DNA of 64,000 bases from Treponema rectale (GTDB lineage Bacteria; Spirochaetota; Spirochaetia; Treponematales; Treponemataceae). How positions within the stretch are numbered: position 1 is the stretch's first letter; each line of letters opens with the position of its first letter. The DNA is taken from NCBI RefSeq assembly GCF_014202035.1, contig NZ_JACHFR010000003.1, forward strand, positions 311,223 to 375,222, in the 5' to 3' direction. The notes beneath the pieces were generated by a model. The model was not told where the DNA came from. It did no database searches and was given only the letters and a program-made list of their open reading frames with translations. The translations under genes and the position numbers were made by a program. This document shows, one piece after another, positions 7,810 to 16,545 of this stretch.

Positions 7810-8607
7810 ATGTCTAAAGAAGAATTTTCTGAATGGGTAGCCAGAAGAGGTGGTCATATTACGGAAACAGGAAAATGTTGCTTCTGTGGAAAAGAATACA
7901 CAGACTATGGTAAATCAACCTGGGGCGTTTGGACCGCTGAAGAAGAACACGAAGCATTTGGTGAAAATAAACGCTGCTGTGCGGAATGTAATGAAAAGAT
8001 TGTCAATGAAGCGCGAAGAGAAAAAGCGGATGCCGTAAAGCAAGGAAAAATCGAAAATTTTTCGCAAGATTTTTTTGAAGTCATTTATGAACGGCGGAGA
8101 AAGGGGTTAGTAGAAGGTGGAGAATCTATAATACGAGTCTATGACAATGGTCTATACCGAAAAATACTTCTTCCCAGAGAGAAATATAAAGGGAAAAAAT
8201 ATAAAGGGGAGCGGAAAGATATAGTCTACGGTAAGGAACTTTCTGTAGTACCTAAACTCCTTGAGTTCTATAGGGAAAATCAGGAAGAGATAGATTCCCT
8301 TTCAGACCGATTAAAAGATCCCTATGACGATCGTATATACAGTGAGGAAAGCATACGGTTTGGCAAAAAGCTTATTACCGGAAATAGTATTTTTGGTGCT
8401 CCGCCTGATGAATATTATGATGAAATTCTCGAAGTTAAACGGACTCCGGAAAAGGATGCAGTCGTACAACAGATAAAAAAACTCTGGAAGCTTGCTCAAA
8501 AAATTGAAAACGGGATTTTAGAAGACGAATTTCCTCTGTATAAAAAAGAAAAGGACGATCGTAGAAAAAGAGTTGCAAGAAACCTGGAACTTAATAGGAA
8601 AAAATAA
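7810..8607 (+). CDS. Hypothetical protein with Cys-rich N-terminus (CCFCGKEY...CCAEC)
   Basis: ORF with AGAGGTG RBS. Confidence 0.5.
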   Translation: MSKEEFSEWVARRGGHITETGKCCFCGKEYTDYGKSTWGVWTAEEEHEAFGENKRCCAECNEKIVNEARREKADAVKQGKIENFSQDFFEVIYERRRKGLVEGGESIIRVYDNGLYRKILLPREKYKGKKYKGERKDIVYGKELSVVPKLLEFYRENQEEIDSLSDRLKDPYDDRIYSEESIRFGKKLITGNSIFGAPPDEYYDEILEVKRTPEKDAVVQQIKKLWKLAQKIENGILEDEFPLYKKEKDDRRKRVARNLELNRKK

Positions 8608-8608
8608 A

Positions 8609-8800
8609 GGGTATGACTAATAAGTTTATTTTATGTCATTTTCGGCTTTAGCTGACGGATGGGATTTGAAGTATGACTAATAAGTTTATTTTATGTCATT
8701 TTCGGGCTCGACCCGAAAATCTATTTATTTATAATATAAGCATTTATAGATTGCCGTATCAAGTACGGCAATGACATTTCAAACTTATTAGTCATTCCCT
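8609..8800. mobile_element. MITE-like element with terminal inverted repeats GGGTATGACTAATAAGTT / AACTTATTAGTCATTCCC; copy 1 of 3
   Basis: The 35-bp terminus is duplicated in tandem (8611-8645 and 8673-8707). Internal palindromes TCGGGCTCGACCCGA and TTGCCGTATCAAGTACGGCAA. Homologous copies at 23292-23410 and 56693-56950. Confidence 0.65.
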
Positions 8801-8830
8801 CTGAACGCGGACTTTTATAAGGAGGATAAT

Positions 8831-9262
8831 TTGGCTATATTAACACAGCTAAGTCTTGCTGAAGAGTTTATGAAAACTATTTTTCCAGGAAATATGAATT
8901 ATAAATTGTTCAAGTCAGAAGCTGATCAAATAATCAAGGTTTGGGAAGGTTTTGGAAAAGCTCTTAAAAAGAACAAGCCGTTAAAATACAATCCAACTTT
9001 GTCACCTGAAGCAAAGAGATATCTTAAAAGATATTCAAAATCTGTTGCTTTTAGTTTAATGGATCTAAGAAAAAAAGCTCAAACACATACAATTATTCCG
9101 GTCAAAACAGAAGCAGAAAAGATAGAACTTGAAAGGTATAAGCTGCGAACTGAAGGTTTTATACTTTATTTTGAGAATACTGAAGACGAGCAGACAAAAG
9201 CTTTTATTAAACTTGTAAAAGATACTAAGAATATGATTTTAGGGGAAGAAGAGAACTCTTAA
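8831..9262 (+). CDS. Hypothetical protein (143 aa, TTG start)
   Basis: AAGGAGG RBS 8 nt upstream of TTG. Confidence 0.45.
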   Translation: MAILTQLSLAEEFMKTIFPGNMNYKLFKSEADQIIKVWEGFGKALKKNKPLKYNPTLSPEAKRYLKRYSKSVAFSLMDLRKKAQTHTIIPVKTEAEKIELERYKLRTEGFILYFENTEDEQTKAFIKLVKDTKNMILGEEENS

Positions 9263-9286
9263 AAGAGCAGACTCTCAATCCGTTTA

Positions 9287-9338
9287 GCAAAAGATCAAAT
9301 GCGGAAACTCCAAGTCCGAAACTATTCTTCCCAGCTCC
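9287..9338. repeat. 52-bp direct repeat, left copy; duplicates the 3' end plus downstream sequence of ybaK
   Basis: Identical to 15113-15164. It contains an in-frame remnant ..SWEE-stop of the ybaK C-terminus on the minus strand. Confidence 0.7.
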
Positions 9339-9449
9339 AACTTGCGAACTTTATTGTACACTATCAAAATGGGACGCGGTTTATTTGAGCTTGCAATTTC
9401 AGTTCCTCTTATTCTGGATTATTCGGAATCAATGCCAGATGGTCCTTTC

Positions 9450-9812
9450 TTACTTTTCTTCGCGGGCGTCTGTGTAAGCTCCGACTCTTTCAACATCTTC
9501 AGGATTTATTTGTACAAAATCATTTGCACAGGTTTCAGCAATATCAATATCTGCAATATAATTAAAAAGTTTTGCAAAGTTGTTTTGTTTTTTAGGCTCG
9601 GCATGAATGTCGTTTTCAAAATCTTCCAGGTTGTCGGTAAAGGTTTCCATGCCTTTTTCAATTTTTGGAGGGAGTTCTTTCTCAGCTTTTTCTACTTTTT
9701 TATCAAATAATTCGGTAAATCTCTTATACAAAGTTTTCTTTTTTTTCTCACAATTTACCAAAGCAGATACAAACATAATCAAAACTACAAAACTGAGAAG
9801 TTGCTTTTTCAT
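9450..9812 (-). CDS. Small secreted protein/lipoprotein (signal peptide ...VSALVNC)
   Basis: N-terminal signal peptide; preferred over the overlapping + ORF 9342..9710. Confidence 0.5.
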   Translation of the reverse strand: MKKQLLSFVVLIMFVSALVNCEKKKKTLYKRFTELFDKKVEKAEKELPPKIEKGMETFTDNLEDFENDIHAEPKKQNNFAKLFNYIADIDIAETCANDFVQINPEDVERVGAYTDAREEK

Positions 9813-9830
9813 TTCTACCTCCAGAATTTA

Positions 9831-9966
9831 GGGTGAGGGGGAAAGCCTTCCCCCTGCGTCGCACTCCGTTGCGCCGCACCCCCTTCGCCTAAGGGGCGAG
9901 CCCCTTAAAAACCCCAGCCTCCGCTTAATCGCGGTTAACCTGCCTTAGCGCAAGATAGTCTGGGGA
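9831..9966. repeat. GC-rich miniature repeat, family member
   Basis: GGGTGAGGGGGAAAGCCTTCCCCC hairpin, CCTTAGCGC motif; GC far above flanks. Confidence 0.45.
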
Positions 9967-9975
9967 AAATATTAA

Positions 9976-10755
9976 CTATGAGTTTTCTTCTTGGTGAGTT
10001 TTTGATTTATTGGTTATTCCACCTAACGGAATAATTCCTAAAACAGCTCCAGGGAAGATAATTCCAAGCCCAAGTCCTTTGAAAAAGGCTAAAAATGAAC
10101 CTGCATCTACAGCAATAAAGATTCCTGTCGCAATGGCACCAGCAACATCAAGGGCTCCGCCTACAATAAGCCTTTTTTTCAGTTTGTTTTTCATTTCGTT
10201 TTTTGCTTCTTCATACAGAGAACTGAGTTTTTCTGCAAAAGGCGAGTTAGAACTTTTTAATACTTTAATCTCATTTTCAATTCTTTGAGTGTATGCTTTT
10301 TTGTAATCATTATCAGCAAGTAAACCTGGGTGACAGGTCTTATAATCTTCAACAAAAAGGATTGCACTGCGGTTAAAACTATCATCATCACTTTCATCAA
10401 ACTGAAAATTTTTGATTGCAGAAATTGCAGCATCATGCCGTGCCTTTCTTTCTGCTGCACGAGCTTCTTCTTCTGCTCTTTTTGCATCATTTGCACTCTT
10501 ATTAGCAGCACTTCTTGCAGCTGCTGCACCTGCAATTCCGCCGGCTATACCACCAAGGAGACTTCCTCCTTTACTTCCAGAACCTTTTCCTGCGTTAGCT
10601 GCTTCACAACAGCCTTTTGAACAGTATTCTAAACCAGATTCATTACCTCCAAGCATTGTTACCCATGCCCATGCTCCGCATTCAGGGAAAAATTTTCCAC
10701 ATTGAGCACAGTAACCTGAGTGACTATAGATATTTTTTTGTGCTTTTCCGCCCAT
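9976..10755 (-). CDS. Hypothetical protein with Cys-rich N-terminus and Gly-zipper C-terminal membrane segment
   Basis: CAQCGKFFPECGAWAW...CSKGCC motifs; Gly/Ala-rich stretches; C-terminal GxxxG-rich hydrophobic region. Confidence 0.5.
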   Translation of the reverse strand: MGGKAQKNIYSHSGYCAQCGKFFPECGAWAWVTMLGGNESGLEYCSKGCCEAANAGKGSGSKGGSLLGGIAGGIAGAAAARSAANKSANDAKRAEEEARAAERKARHDAAISAIKNFQFDESDDDSFNRSAILFVEDYKTCHPGLLADNDYKKAYTQRIENEIKVLKSSNSPFAEKLSSLYEEAKNEMKNKLKKRLIVGGALDVAGAIATGIFIAVDAGSFLAFFKGLGLGIIFPGAVLGIIPLGGITNKSKTHQEENS

Positions 10756-10915
10756 TCTTTTTTCCTCCGCGTAATTCGTCCGCCGACTATAATTAATTTA
10801 TTTGGCTCATATTACATCGGAAATTTTTTTCTGTATTGGGGGGAAACTCTTAGGAAATGAAAGGAAATATTCCTGAATATTTTGGGAGTTAATACCTTAC
10901 GCACATAAGGCGAGT

Positions 10916-12316
10916 TTACTGATACAAATCTTCCAGCTTATAAAGAATCAACTGCTGTTTATGGGACTCGTCAATCTTTTTATACCCAGATTTAGAGAAA
11001 AATCCGTATTTGCTGCAAATTAAACCTGTGCTATTTACCTGCTGGATTTCGTTCCAAATGAGATTTTTGTCTAATTTACCTTCACGGAATTTTGCTTCGT
11101 AAAAGATATAGGAATTATCGTTTTCAGTGACTACATCAAATTCACCGTTTTTATGATTTACTGGATCGTCATACCGGTACTTTCCGATCTTTTCAAAAGA
11201 TTCAGGTAATTCTCCTGAGCGATTTTTACGGATTAAAAATTGTCGGCAAATCTGTTCGAAAGCCTGTGGGACATAATGTTCTTCAAAATCGGGTTCAATA
11301 AATTTATCATAGAAAGCTTCAGACTTCATCACTGCAAGTCTTGAAAGATTTCTGTAAATGTATTTGAAATAAAATAAAGTCAGCTGGTCTGAAATATAAT
11401 AGCCGGCTTTTTTCTTGTTATTTTCATCATTAACTGGAGATTCTTTTACAACGATATCCATATTTATTAATTTATCAAGAACATCTGCAAGTGTTGGTGA
11501 ACTTGAGACTTGTGATTGAGAGAGAATATCTTTAAATCGAACAAATCCTTTTGCCAGAACTTCAAAAACTTCATACGCATTCTGCATTTTGGAAATTTCA
11601 GATTTCAGGTGCATCTGAACTTCATTTTCAAAACGGCTGCCGGGACTGGCAATCAAATCAATTATATTCTGTTTAACTGTCTTTGATGAATCTATGCGTC
11701 TGTTGTAATAAGGGATTCCGCCAAAAACAGAATATAAGCGGACCTTATCTTCATCACTGAAATCTTTATAGAAGAGAGCTGATTCATAATAATCCATAGC
11801 TTTAAGATTCATAACTAAATCAAAACGACCAAAAAGCGGATTTTCTTCCGAGAGCAAAGACTTCATGGTTTCTACGTAAGAGCCACATAAAATCAGCTTT
11901 AATCTGGAAGTAGACTTATTATTGTCGATAAAAGACTGAATAATGCTGTCTAATCCCTCTACAACTTTACGGATATAAGGATATTCATCAATCACCAGGA
12001 TTAATTCTTTTTTTGCAGCTTGCTTAGAGAGAAAAGCAAGTGTTGATTCAAATGTATCAAAGGCTAAAGGCGGCAGACCAAAAGTTTCTGAAATGATTTC
12101 ACAAAGGGATTTGACATTATTCAGCTCAGAGGTTTCTTTACATTCATAATAAATGGAAGTTGTTTTTGTTTCTTTCAGGCAATGCTTAATCAGTTCTGTT
12201 TTGCCAACCCGCCGACGACCGTAAATCAGGGCTGCATCATTATTATCTGAATTGAAAAATCTTGAAATTGCTTTGATATTTTCTTTTCTTCCAAAGAAAA
12301 CTTCCCCTGTTGCCAT
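10916..12316 (-). CDS. AAA+ ATPase of the Arch_ATPase/DUF234 family
   Basis: Walker A (GRRRVGKT) and Walker B (LILVIDEYP); C-terminal DUF234-like region. Confidence 0.75.
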   Translation of the reverse strand: MATGEVFFGRKENIKAISRFFNSDNNDAALIYGRRRVGKTELIKHCLKETKTTSIYYECKETSELNNVKSLCEIISETFGLPPLAFDTFESTLAFLSKQAAKKELILVIDEYPYIRKVVEGLDSIIQSFIDNNKSTSRLKLILCGSYVETMKSLLSEENPLFGRFDLVMNLKAMDYYESALFYKDFSDEDKVRLYSVFGGIPYYNRRIDSSKTVKQNIIDLIASPGSRFENEVQMHLKSEISKMQNAYEVFEVLAKGFVRFKDILSQSQVSSSPTLADVLDKLINMDIVVKESPVNDENNKKKAGYYISDQLTLFYFKYIYRNLSRLAVMKSEAFYDKFIEPDFEEHYVPQAFEQICRQFLIRKNRSGELPESFEKIGKYRYDDPVNHKNGEFDVVTENDNSYIFYEAKFREGKLDKNLIWNEIQQVNSTGLICSKYGFFSKSGYKKIDESHKQQLILYKLEDLYQ

Positions 12317-12403
12317 ATGCTTCTCCTTTTTACTCGATTATTTCCGACTCGGTTTTATCCGAGTAAAATAATAATGCTGAAAAAAGAAATCGTCAAGAAG
12401 AGG

Positions 12404-12928
12404 CTAAGCTTCTCCCTTAATTTTCCTTTTCCAAAATTGCCAGATGGTAATAAGCTCGCCGGCAAGGTTCCATCGTTTTTGTTCCTGCATGTTTTCCCAG
12501 GCTTTAATGCCGTATTCGTAGAAGTTATCGTCATTTTTTATGGCGGCAGAAACGATTAAGTCTATGTCGCTTTTAGAAAGAAGACCGTCAAAGGCGGCGC
12601 ACCATTTCTGGTAGACACGGCAGGGGTTTGCGTTGTCAAAGGCGTAGAAGCCGGGCAGGCGGTAAATGGGGCACATTTTTGAAATGCCTAAGTTCGCCGC
12701 AAACTTTGTAAAGAGCTGCTGATACCACTTTACTCCGTAGCGGCCGCCAAAAAGCCCGTTATCCTTCTGTTTTTTTTCTATTTTTCTCTGTGTCTGGTAT
12801 ATTTTTTCTGCAAGCTGGCATTGATATTCATCTTCCGGGTCTGCGGAAATCGTGAAAAATTCTATTCGGGCGAGTAAGATACAATTTTTAAGGCTTTCCT
12901 CGTATTTCTTCGGGCGGTTCTTTTTCAT
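12404..12928 (-). CDS. Hypothetical protein (174 aa)
   Basis: ORF lying between the ATPase and the histidine kinase, co-oriented. Confidence 0.45.
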   Translation of the reverse strand: MKKNRPKKYEESLKNCILLARIEFFTISADPEDEYQCQLAEKIYQTQRKIEKKQKDNGLFGGRYGVKWYQQLFTKFAANLGISKMCPIYRLPGFYAFDNANPCRVYQKWCAAFDGLLSKSDIDLIVSAAIKNDDNFYEYGIKAWENMQEQKRWNLAGELITIWQFWKRKIKGEA

Positions 12929-12940
12929 TGACCCTCCGCT

Positions 12941-13762
12941 TTACTGCTGGGGAATCTCCAGCCGCACTTCCGTTCCTGTGTCAGGGGAGCTGTTTACGGT
13001 AAGAGTGCCGTCCAGAAGTTTCGCACGCATTTCCATACCGCTTATGCCAAAGTGAGATGAAGCGTCAGTCGGTGGTAGCTGGTTTGTAGAATCGAAGCCC
13101 TGACCGTCATCAAAAATCATAATGCGAATCACTCCGCTAGATTTCTGTTGCCCGCTTATCCGTCTGATTACAACACTAGTCTCTTCTGCCTTTGCGTGGG
13201 CCCGGACATTGTTCAAGGCTTCCTGAATAATGCGCAGAATATGGTGCTTTTGTTCGGTGGTGAAGGTGTCTAAAGAAAGGTCGGGTGCAACAAAAAATTT
13301 GCAAGGGATTTCGCTTTGGGCGTAAAACTGCTCGCATAAATCATTGATGACAGTCTTAAAGGGAATGCTTGCAAGAGCGGGAACTGCAAGATTCTGAATT
13401 ATTGCACGCAGCTCCTTCTGGTTTTTCTTTTCCAGGCTGATGATTTTTTCAAATTCAGAAAGCAGATTTGCGTCCGTGCAGCGGTCTTTGAGTTCCTTTT
13501 GGGAAAGCAGCAGGGCTTTTATGTTCTGGCTTACCGTATCGTGCAACTCCTGACTGATTCTGCGGCGTTCTTCTTCCTGTATGCCTATTGTTTCTTCAAT
13601 AAATTGCCGGTTGTCCTTAAGTTTTTTGCGGGATTTAATGTTGTGAATCAAAATCACCATAAGGATGATAAAGGCTGCAAAGGTAAGAACAACAAGAAAG
13701 ATAAAAAACGAGGTGTACAAACTGAGGGCGGATGTTAAATCCTGCAAATCAAGCTCGGTCAT
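12941..13762 (-). CDS. Sensor histidine kinase, HisKA_3 type, single N-terminal TM with no external sensor domain
   Basis: LHDTVSQNI H-box; HATPase_c C-terminus. Start ATG overlaps the stop of the upstream membrane-protein gene (ATGA). Confidence 0.75.
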   Translation of the reverse strand: MTELDLQDLTSALSLYTSFFIFLVVLTFAAFIILMVILIHNIKSRKKLKDNRQFIEETIGIQEEERRRISQELHDTVSQNIKALLLSQKELKDRCTDANLLSEFEKIISLEKKNQKELRAIIQNLAVPALASIPFKTVINDLCEQFYAQSEIPCKFFVAPDLSLDTFTTEQKHHILRIIQEALNNVRAHAKAEETSVVIRRISGQQKSSGVIRIMIFDDGQGFDSTNQLPPTDASSHFGISGMEMRAKLLDGTLTVNSSPDTGTEVRLEIPQQ

Positions 13763-14349
13763 TTGCGCAATCCCGAATAAATGCCGTAAGCGGCAAAAGT
13801 ACAGATAAAGCGGTCTAAAAGCGTGATGGGAATGCGGGGCAAAAGATAAGACAGAAATACGCTGAAATTCATTTTTTGAAATATTAAGGAAATGTCGTCG
13901 ATTGCCGAAAAGCCCGATGCTTTTTTAAAAAGCGGGCGGATAAAGGTGTCCAGTGCGCTTGCAGAAAATGAACTTAGAAAGGTTGAGAAGAAAACGATTA
14001 TCAGAAGGTAAAGAAGCGTAACGCGGCGGTTAAAATGAAACTCCTTTTTGTTGCGGCTGAAAAGCCAGCTGGCTATTACAATCAGGATTCCGCAGATTCC
14101 GTACAAAAAATCATACAGGAAGATTTCGCTGCCGGTCATTGCGCAGCGCAGGATTGTCATAATCGGGTTAAAAAGAGCGGCAACGATAATTCCTGGAATA
14201 AGGCCTGCATAAAAAGTAATTGCCACGGTAAAAATTGTGTCTAAAAAGGCCGGGAGTTTGAGGGCTGAGGCCAGCATTGCGCTTGCAATGTTCAATAGAA
14301 GGGCAAGGAGACATAAAAGTCCTGTGAATGCAATCTTTTTGGATTTCAT
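13759..14349 (-). CDS. Polytopic membrane protein (196 aa), paralog B of the TCS-associated family
   Basis: Paralogous to 1106..1705 and 21123..21743. Translationally coupled (ATGA overlaps) to both the response regulator and the kinase. Confidence 0.65.
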   Translation of the reverse strand: MKSKKIAFTGLLCLLALLLNIASAMLASALKLPAFLDTIFTVAITFYAGLIPGIIVAALFNPIMTILRCAMTGSEIFLYDFLYGICGILIVIASWLFSRNKKEFHFNRRVTLLYLLIIVFFSTFLSSFSASALDTFIRPLFKKASGFSAIDDISLIFQKMNFSVFLSYLLPRIPITLLDRFICTFAAYGIYSGLRK

Positions 14350-14996
14350 AATCTTCCCATTTTTTCAAGAAACTGGAGTTTATTTTCTACTCCTGCCTTA
14401 TCATATAAAATTGTCAGGTAATTTACGACAGTTTTTTCTGCAATTCCAAGGGCGGCGGCAACTTCGGCATTTGTGTTGTGGATGGTCAGTGTATCGGCAA
14501 CAAGCTTTTCCTTTTTAGTGAAGGTCTGGGTGATGTCGCGCACTTCCAGAAGCCCGGTTACAAGCTCAGCCTGAATATATGTTCCGCCATTTGCCACCGA
14601 GTTGATTGCCGCAAGCAGAATGGCTTCATCCGCTGTTTTTGAAACAAAGCCTTTTGCTCCCACAGCAGGACTTGTTGCGTGTTCAACAAAGCCGCCCGAA
14701 TCGTGGCTGGAATAGGCAATGCATGGAATCCCCAGAGCTGAAAATTCTTTGATGATGTCAAAACCGGAATTTTCCATCTGAGAATCTGCAGTCTTAAATG
14801 AAATATCAACGACCGCAAGAAATTCGTCAGCCTTAAGGCTTCCTTTTTCAAACTGATTCTGGATTTCCTTACAGTCTTTAACGTTACTTGCCTGAAATTC
14901 AACCTTATAATCCGAATGATTTTCTATCCAGTTTTTAATTCCGTTCAGTAGGAGTGCGTGATCATCAACAATAATTATGTTTTTTCTCATAAGCAT
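14346..14996 (-). CDS. Response regulator, NarL/LuxR family
   Basis: IIIVDDH receiver motif; C-terminal LuxR-type HTH (EKLVADTL...AEKTVVNYLTILYDK). Confidence 0.8.
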   Translation of the reverse strand: MLMRKNIIIVDDHALLLNGIKNWIENHSDYKVEFQASNVKDCKEIQNQFEKGSLKADEFLAVVDISFKTADSQMENSGFDIIKEFSALGIPCIAYSSHDSGGFVEHATSPAVGAKGFVSKTADEAILLAAINSVANGGTYIQAELVTGLLEVRDITQTFTKKEKLVADTLTIHNTNAEVAAALGIAEKTVVNYLTILYDKAGVENKLQFLEKMGRL

Positions 14997-15112
14997 AATT
15001 ATACTATGAAAAAGAAATGGTTTTGTAGGGGAATTACTCCCAGAAATTTTGGGAGTAGAAAATCATTCTGTTGAAAAATTAAAACTTGTAGCAGATACTC
15101 TTGCATTGATAA

Positions 15113-15164
15113 GTTAGCAAAAGATCAAATGCGGAAACTCCAAGTCCGAAACTATTCTTCCCAG
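15113..15164. repeat. 52-bp direct repeat, right copy; overlaps the native 3' end of ybaK
   Basis: Identical to 9287-9338. Confidence 0.7.
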
Positions 15165-15625
15165 CCCTTACAGACATCACACCAGCCGGTGGCGCCTGAT
15201 ACTTCTTCCAGTTCAGAAGGGGTGAGTTTTACCGAAGTAAATGAGTTTCCGCCTGCTGGATGAACGTATTCAAATCTCTTCATTGAAACATCGAGCCATA
15301 CTGGGATTTCTTTTGGAACATTGAAAGGGCAGACTCCGCCGGGAACAAAGCCGGTAATTGCTTCAACCTGGTCGCGGGCAATCATGCTGGGCTTTACGTG
15401 AAACTGTGCTTTGAACTTTGAGTAGTTTACACGGCCATCACCTGCCATTACCACGATAACAGGTTTTTCATCCACAATAAATGAAAGCGTCTTTGCAATC
15501 TCCGCCTCGGAACAGCCAATCTGCTGTGCTGCATGTTCTACGGTGTCGATTGTTTCTTTGTGTTCGGTGAGTCTGTCTGCATATCCCTTAGCTTTGAGGA
15601 AGTCTAAAACTTTATCATTTATCAT
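15152..15625 (-). CDS. ybaK: YbaK/ProX-family aminoacyl-tRNA deacylase (Cys-tRNA(Pro) deacylase-like)
   Basis: YbaK domain similarity (VMAGDGRVNYSKFKAQF...GGVCPF). Confidence 0.75.
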   Translation of the reverse strand: MINDKVLDFLKAKGYADRLTEHKETIDTVEHAAQQIGCSEAEIAKTLSFIVDEKPVIVVMAGDGRVNYSKFKAQFHVKPSMIARDQVEAITGFVPGGVCPFNVPKEIPVWLDVSMKRFEYVHPAGGNSFTSVKLTPSELEEVSGATGWCDVCKGWEE

Positions 15626-15643
15626 ATATCTAAATATCCTTGT

Positions 15644-16018
15644 TTACTCAACAACGGCTACTGCTTCAATTTCAACAAGTGCGCCTTTTGGTAAAGCTGC
15701 AACTTCAAAGCAGCTGCGGGCAGGTTTTGAAACAAAGTACTTTTCGTATACTGCATTAAATGCGGCGAAATCTGAAATGTGTGCGAGAAAGCAGGTTATT
15801 TTTACGACTTTAGAAAAGTCTGTGCCTGCGGCTTTTAGGATTTCTCCAAGATTCTTTATGGCCTGTTCAGCCTGAGCTTCAATGCCACTTCCCTCGATTG
15901 TGCCTGTTTCAGGATTCAAAGGAATCTGCCCTGAAGTGTATAAAAATCCGTTTGCAAGAATTGCCTGTGAGTAAGGGCCGATTGCTGCCGGTGCTGATTT
16001 AGTTTCGATAGTTTTCAT
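15644..16018 (-). CDS. ridA: RidA/YjgF-family reactive-intermediate deaminase
   Basis: GPYSQAI...NGFLYTSGQIP...AALPKGALVEIEAVA signature. Confidence 0.85.
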   Translation of the reverse strand: MKTIETKSAPAAIGPYSQAILANGFLYTSGQIPLNPETGTIEGSGIEAQAEQAIKNLGEILKAAGTDFSKVVKITCFLAHISDFAAFNAVYEKYFVSKPARSCFEVAALPKGALVEIEAVAVVE

Positions 16019-16122
16019 AGTAGGCCTCCAGATATTTACCTATAAAACAGATAGGAATATAATACAATTAAGGGGGCTGGCAGTCAATGAATACCGGGCA
16101 AATACGATGATAGGGCACTAGA

Positions 16123-16545
16123 TTATAGCTTTCCCATCAAATCCTTAATTGTTGTTTTTTTCAATTCTTTTTCCAAGGCCTTTTGGGCATTATCTAATGG
16201 CTGGTCTAAAACTGCATGGATTTTGCTTCCCACGGGACATTTTGGATTAGGATTTACATGAAAATTAAAAACAGAACGCTCGCTCTCCTTTTCTTCGCTT
16301 ACGGCTTTGTAAACATCCAAAAGTGAAATTTCTTCGGCTTTCTTTGAAAGGGTAGAGCCTCCGACCCCGGCTTTTGTTTCTACCATTCCAGCTGCCTGGA
16401 GTTTCCCCAAAATCTTTCTGATAATTACCGGGTTCATGCCAGTACTTCCTGCAATGAAGTCGGAAGTGACTTTGTTATCCTTTTCAAAATAAGCAATGCA
16501 GAGAATAGTGTGAATGGCAACCGTAAGGTTTGTGTTTAGTTTCAT
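16123..16545 (-). CDS. Rrf2-family transcriptional regulator
   Basis: N-terminal wHTH MKLNTNLTVAIHTILCIA...STGMNPVIIRKILGKLQAAGMV. Confidence 0.8.
   Translation of the reverse strand: MKLNTNLTVAIHTILCIAYFEKDNKVTSDFIAGSTGMNPVIIRKILGKLQAAGMVETKAGVGGSTLSKKAEEISLLDVYKAVSEEKESERSVFNFHVNPNPKCPVGSKIHAVLDQPLDNAQKALEKELKKTTIKDLMGKL

Noticed and set aside
9342-9710. Plus-strand 122-aa ORF
   Set aside because: It overlaps the minus-strand ORF 9450..9812, which has a convincing signal peptide. The plus ORF starts inside the att-like repeat and has a low-complexity composition.
15644-16545. RidA-Rrf2 pair as part of an unusual system
   Set aside because: Both are common housekeeping-type genes. No feature beyond adjacency links them to the flanking hypothetical genes.
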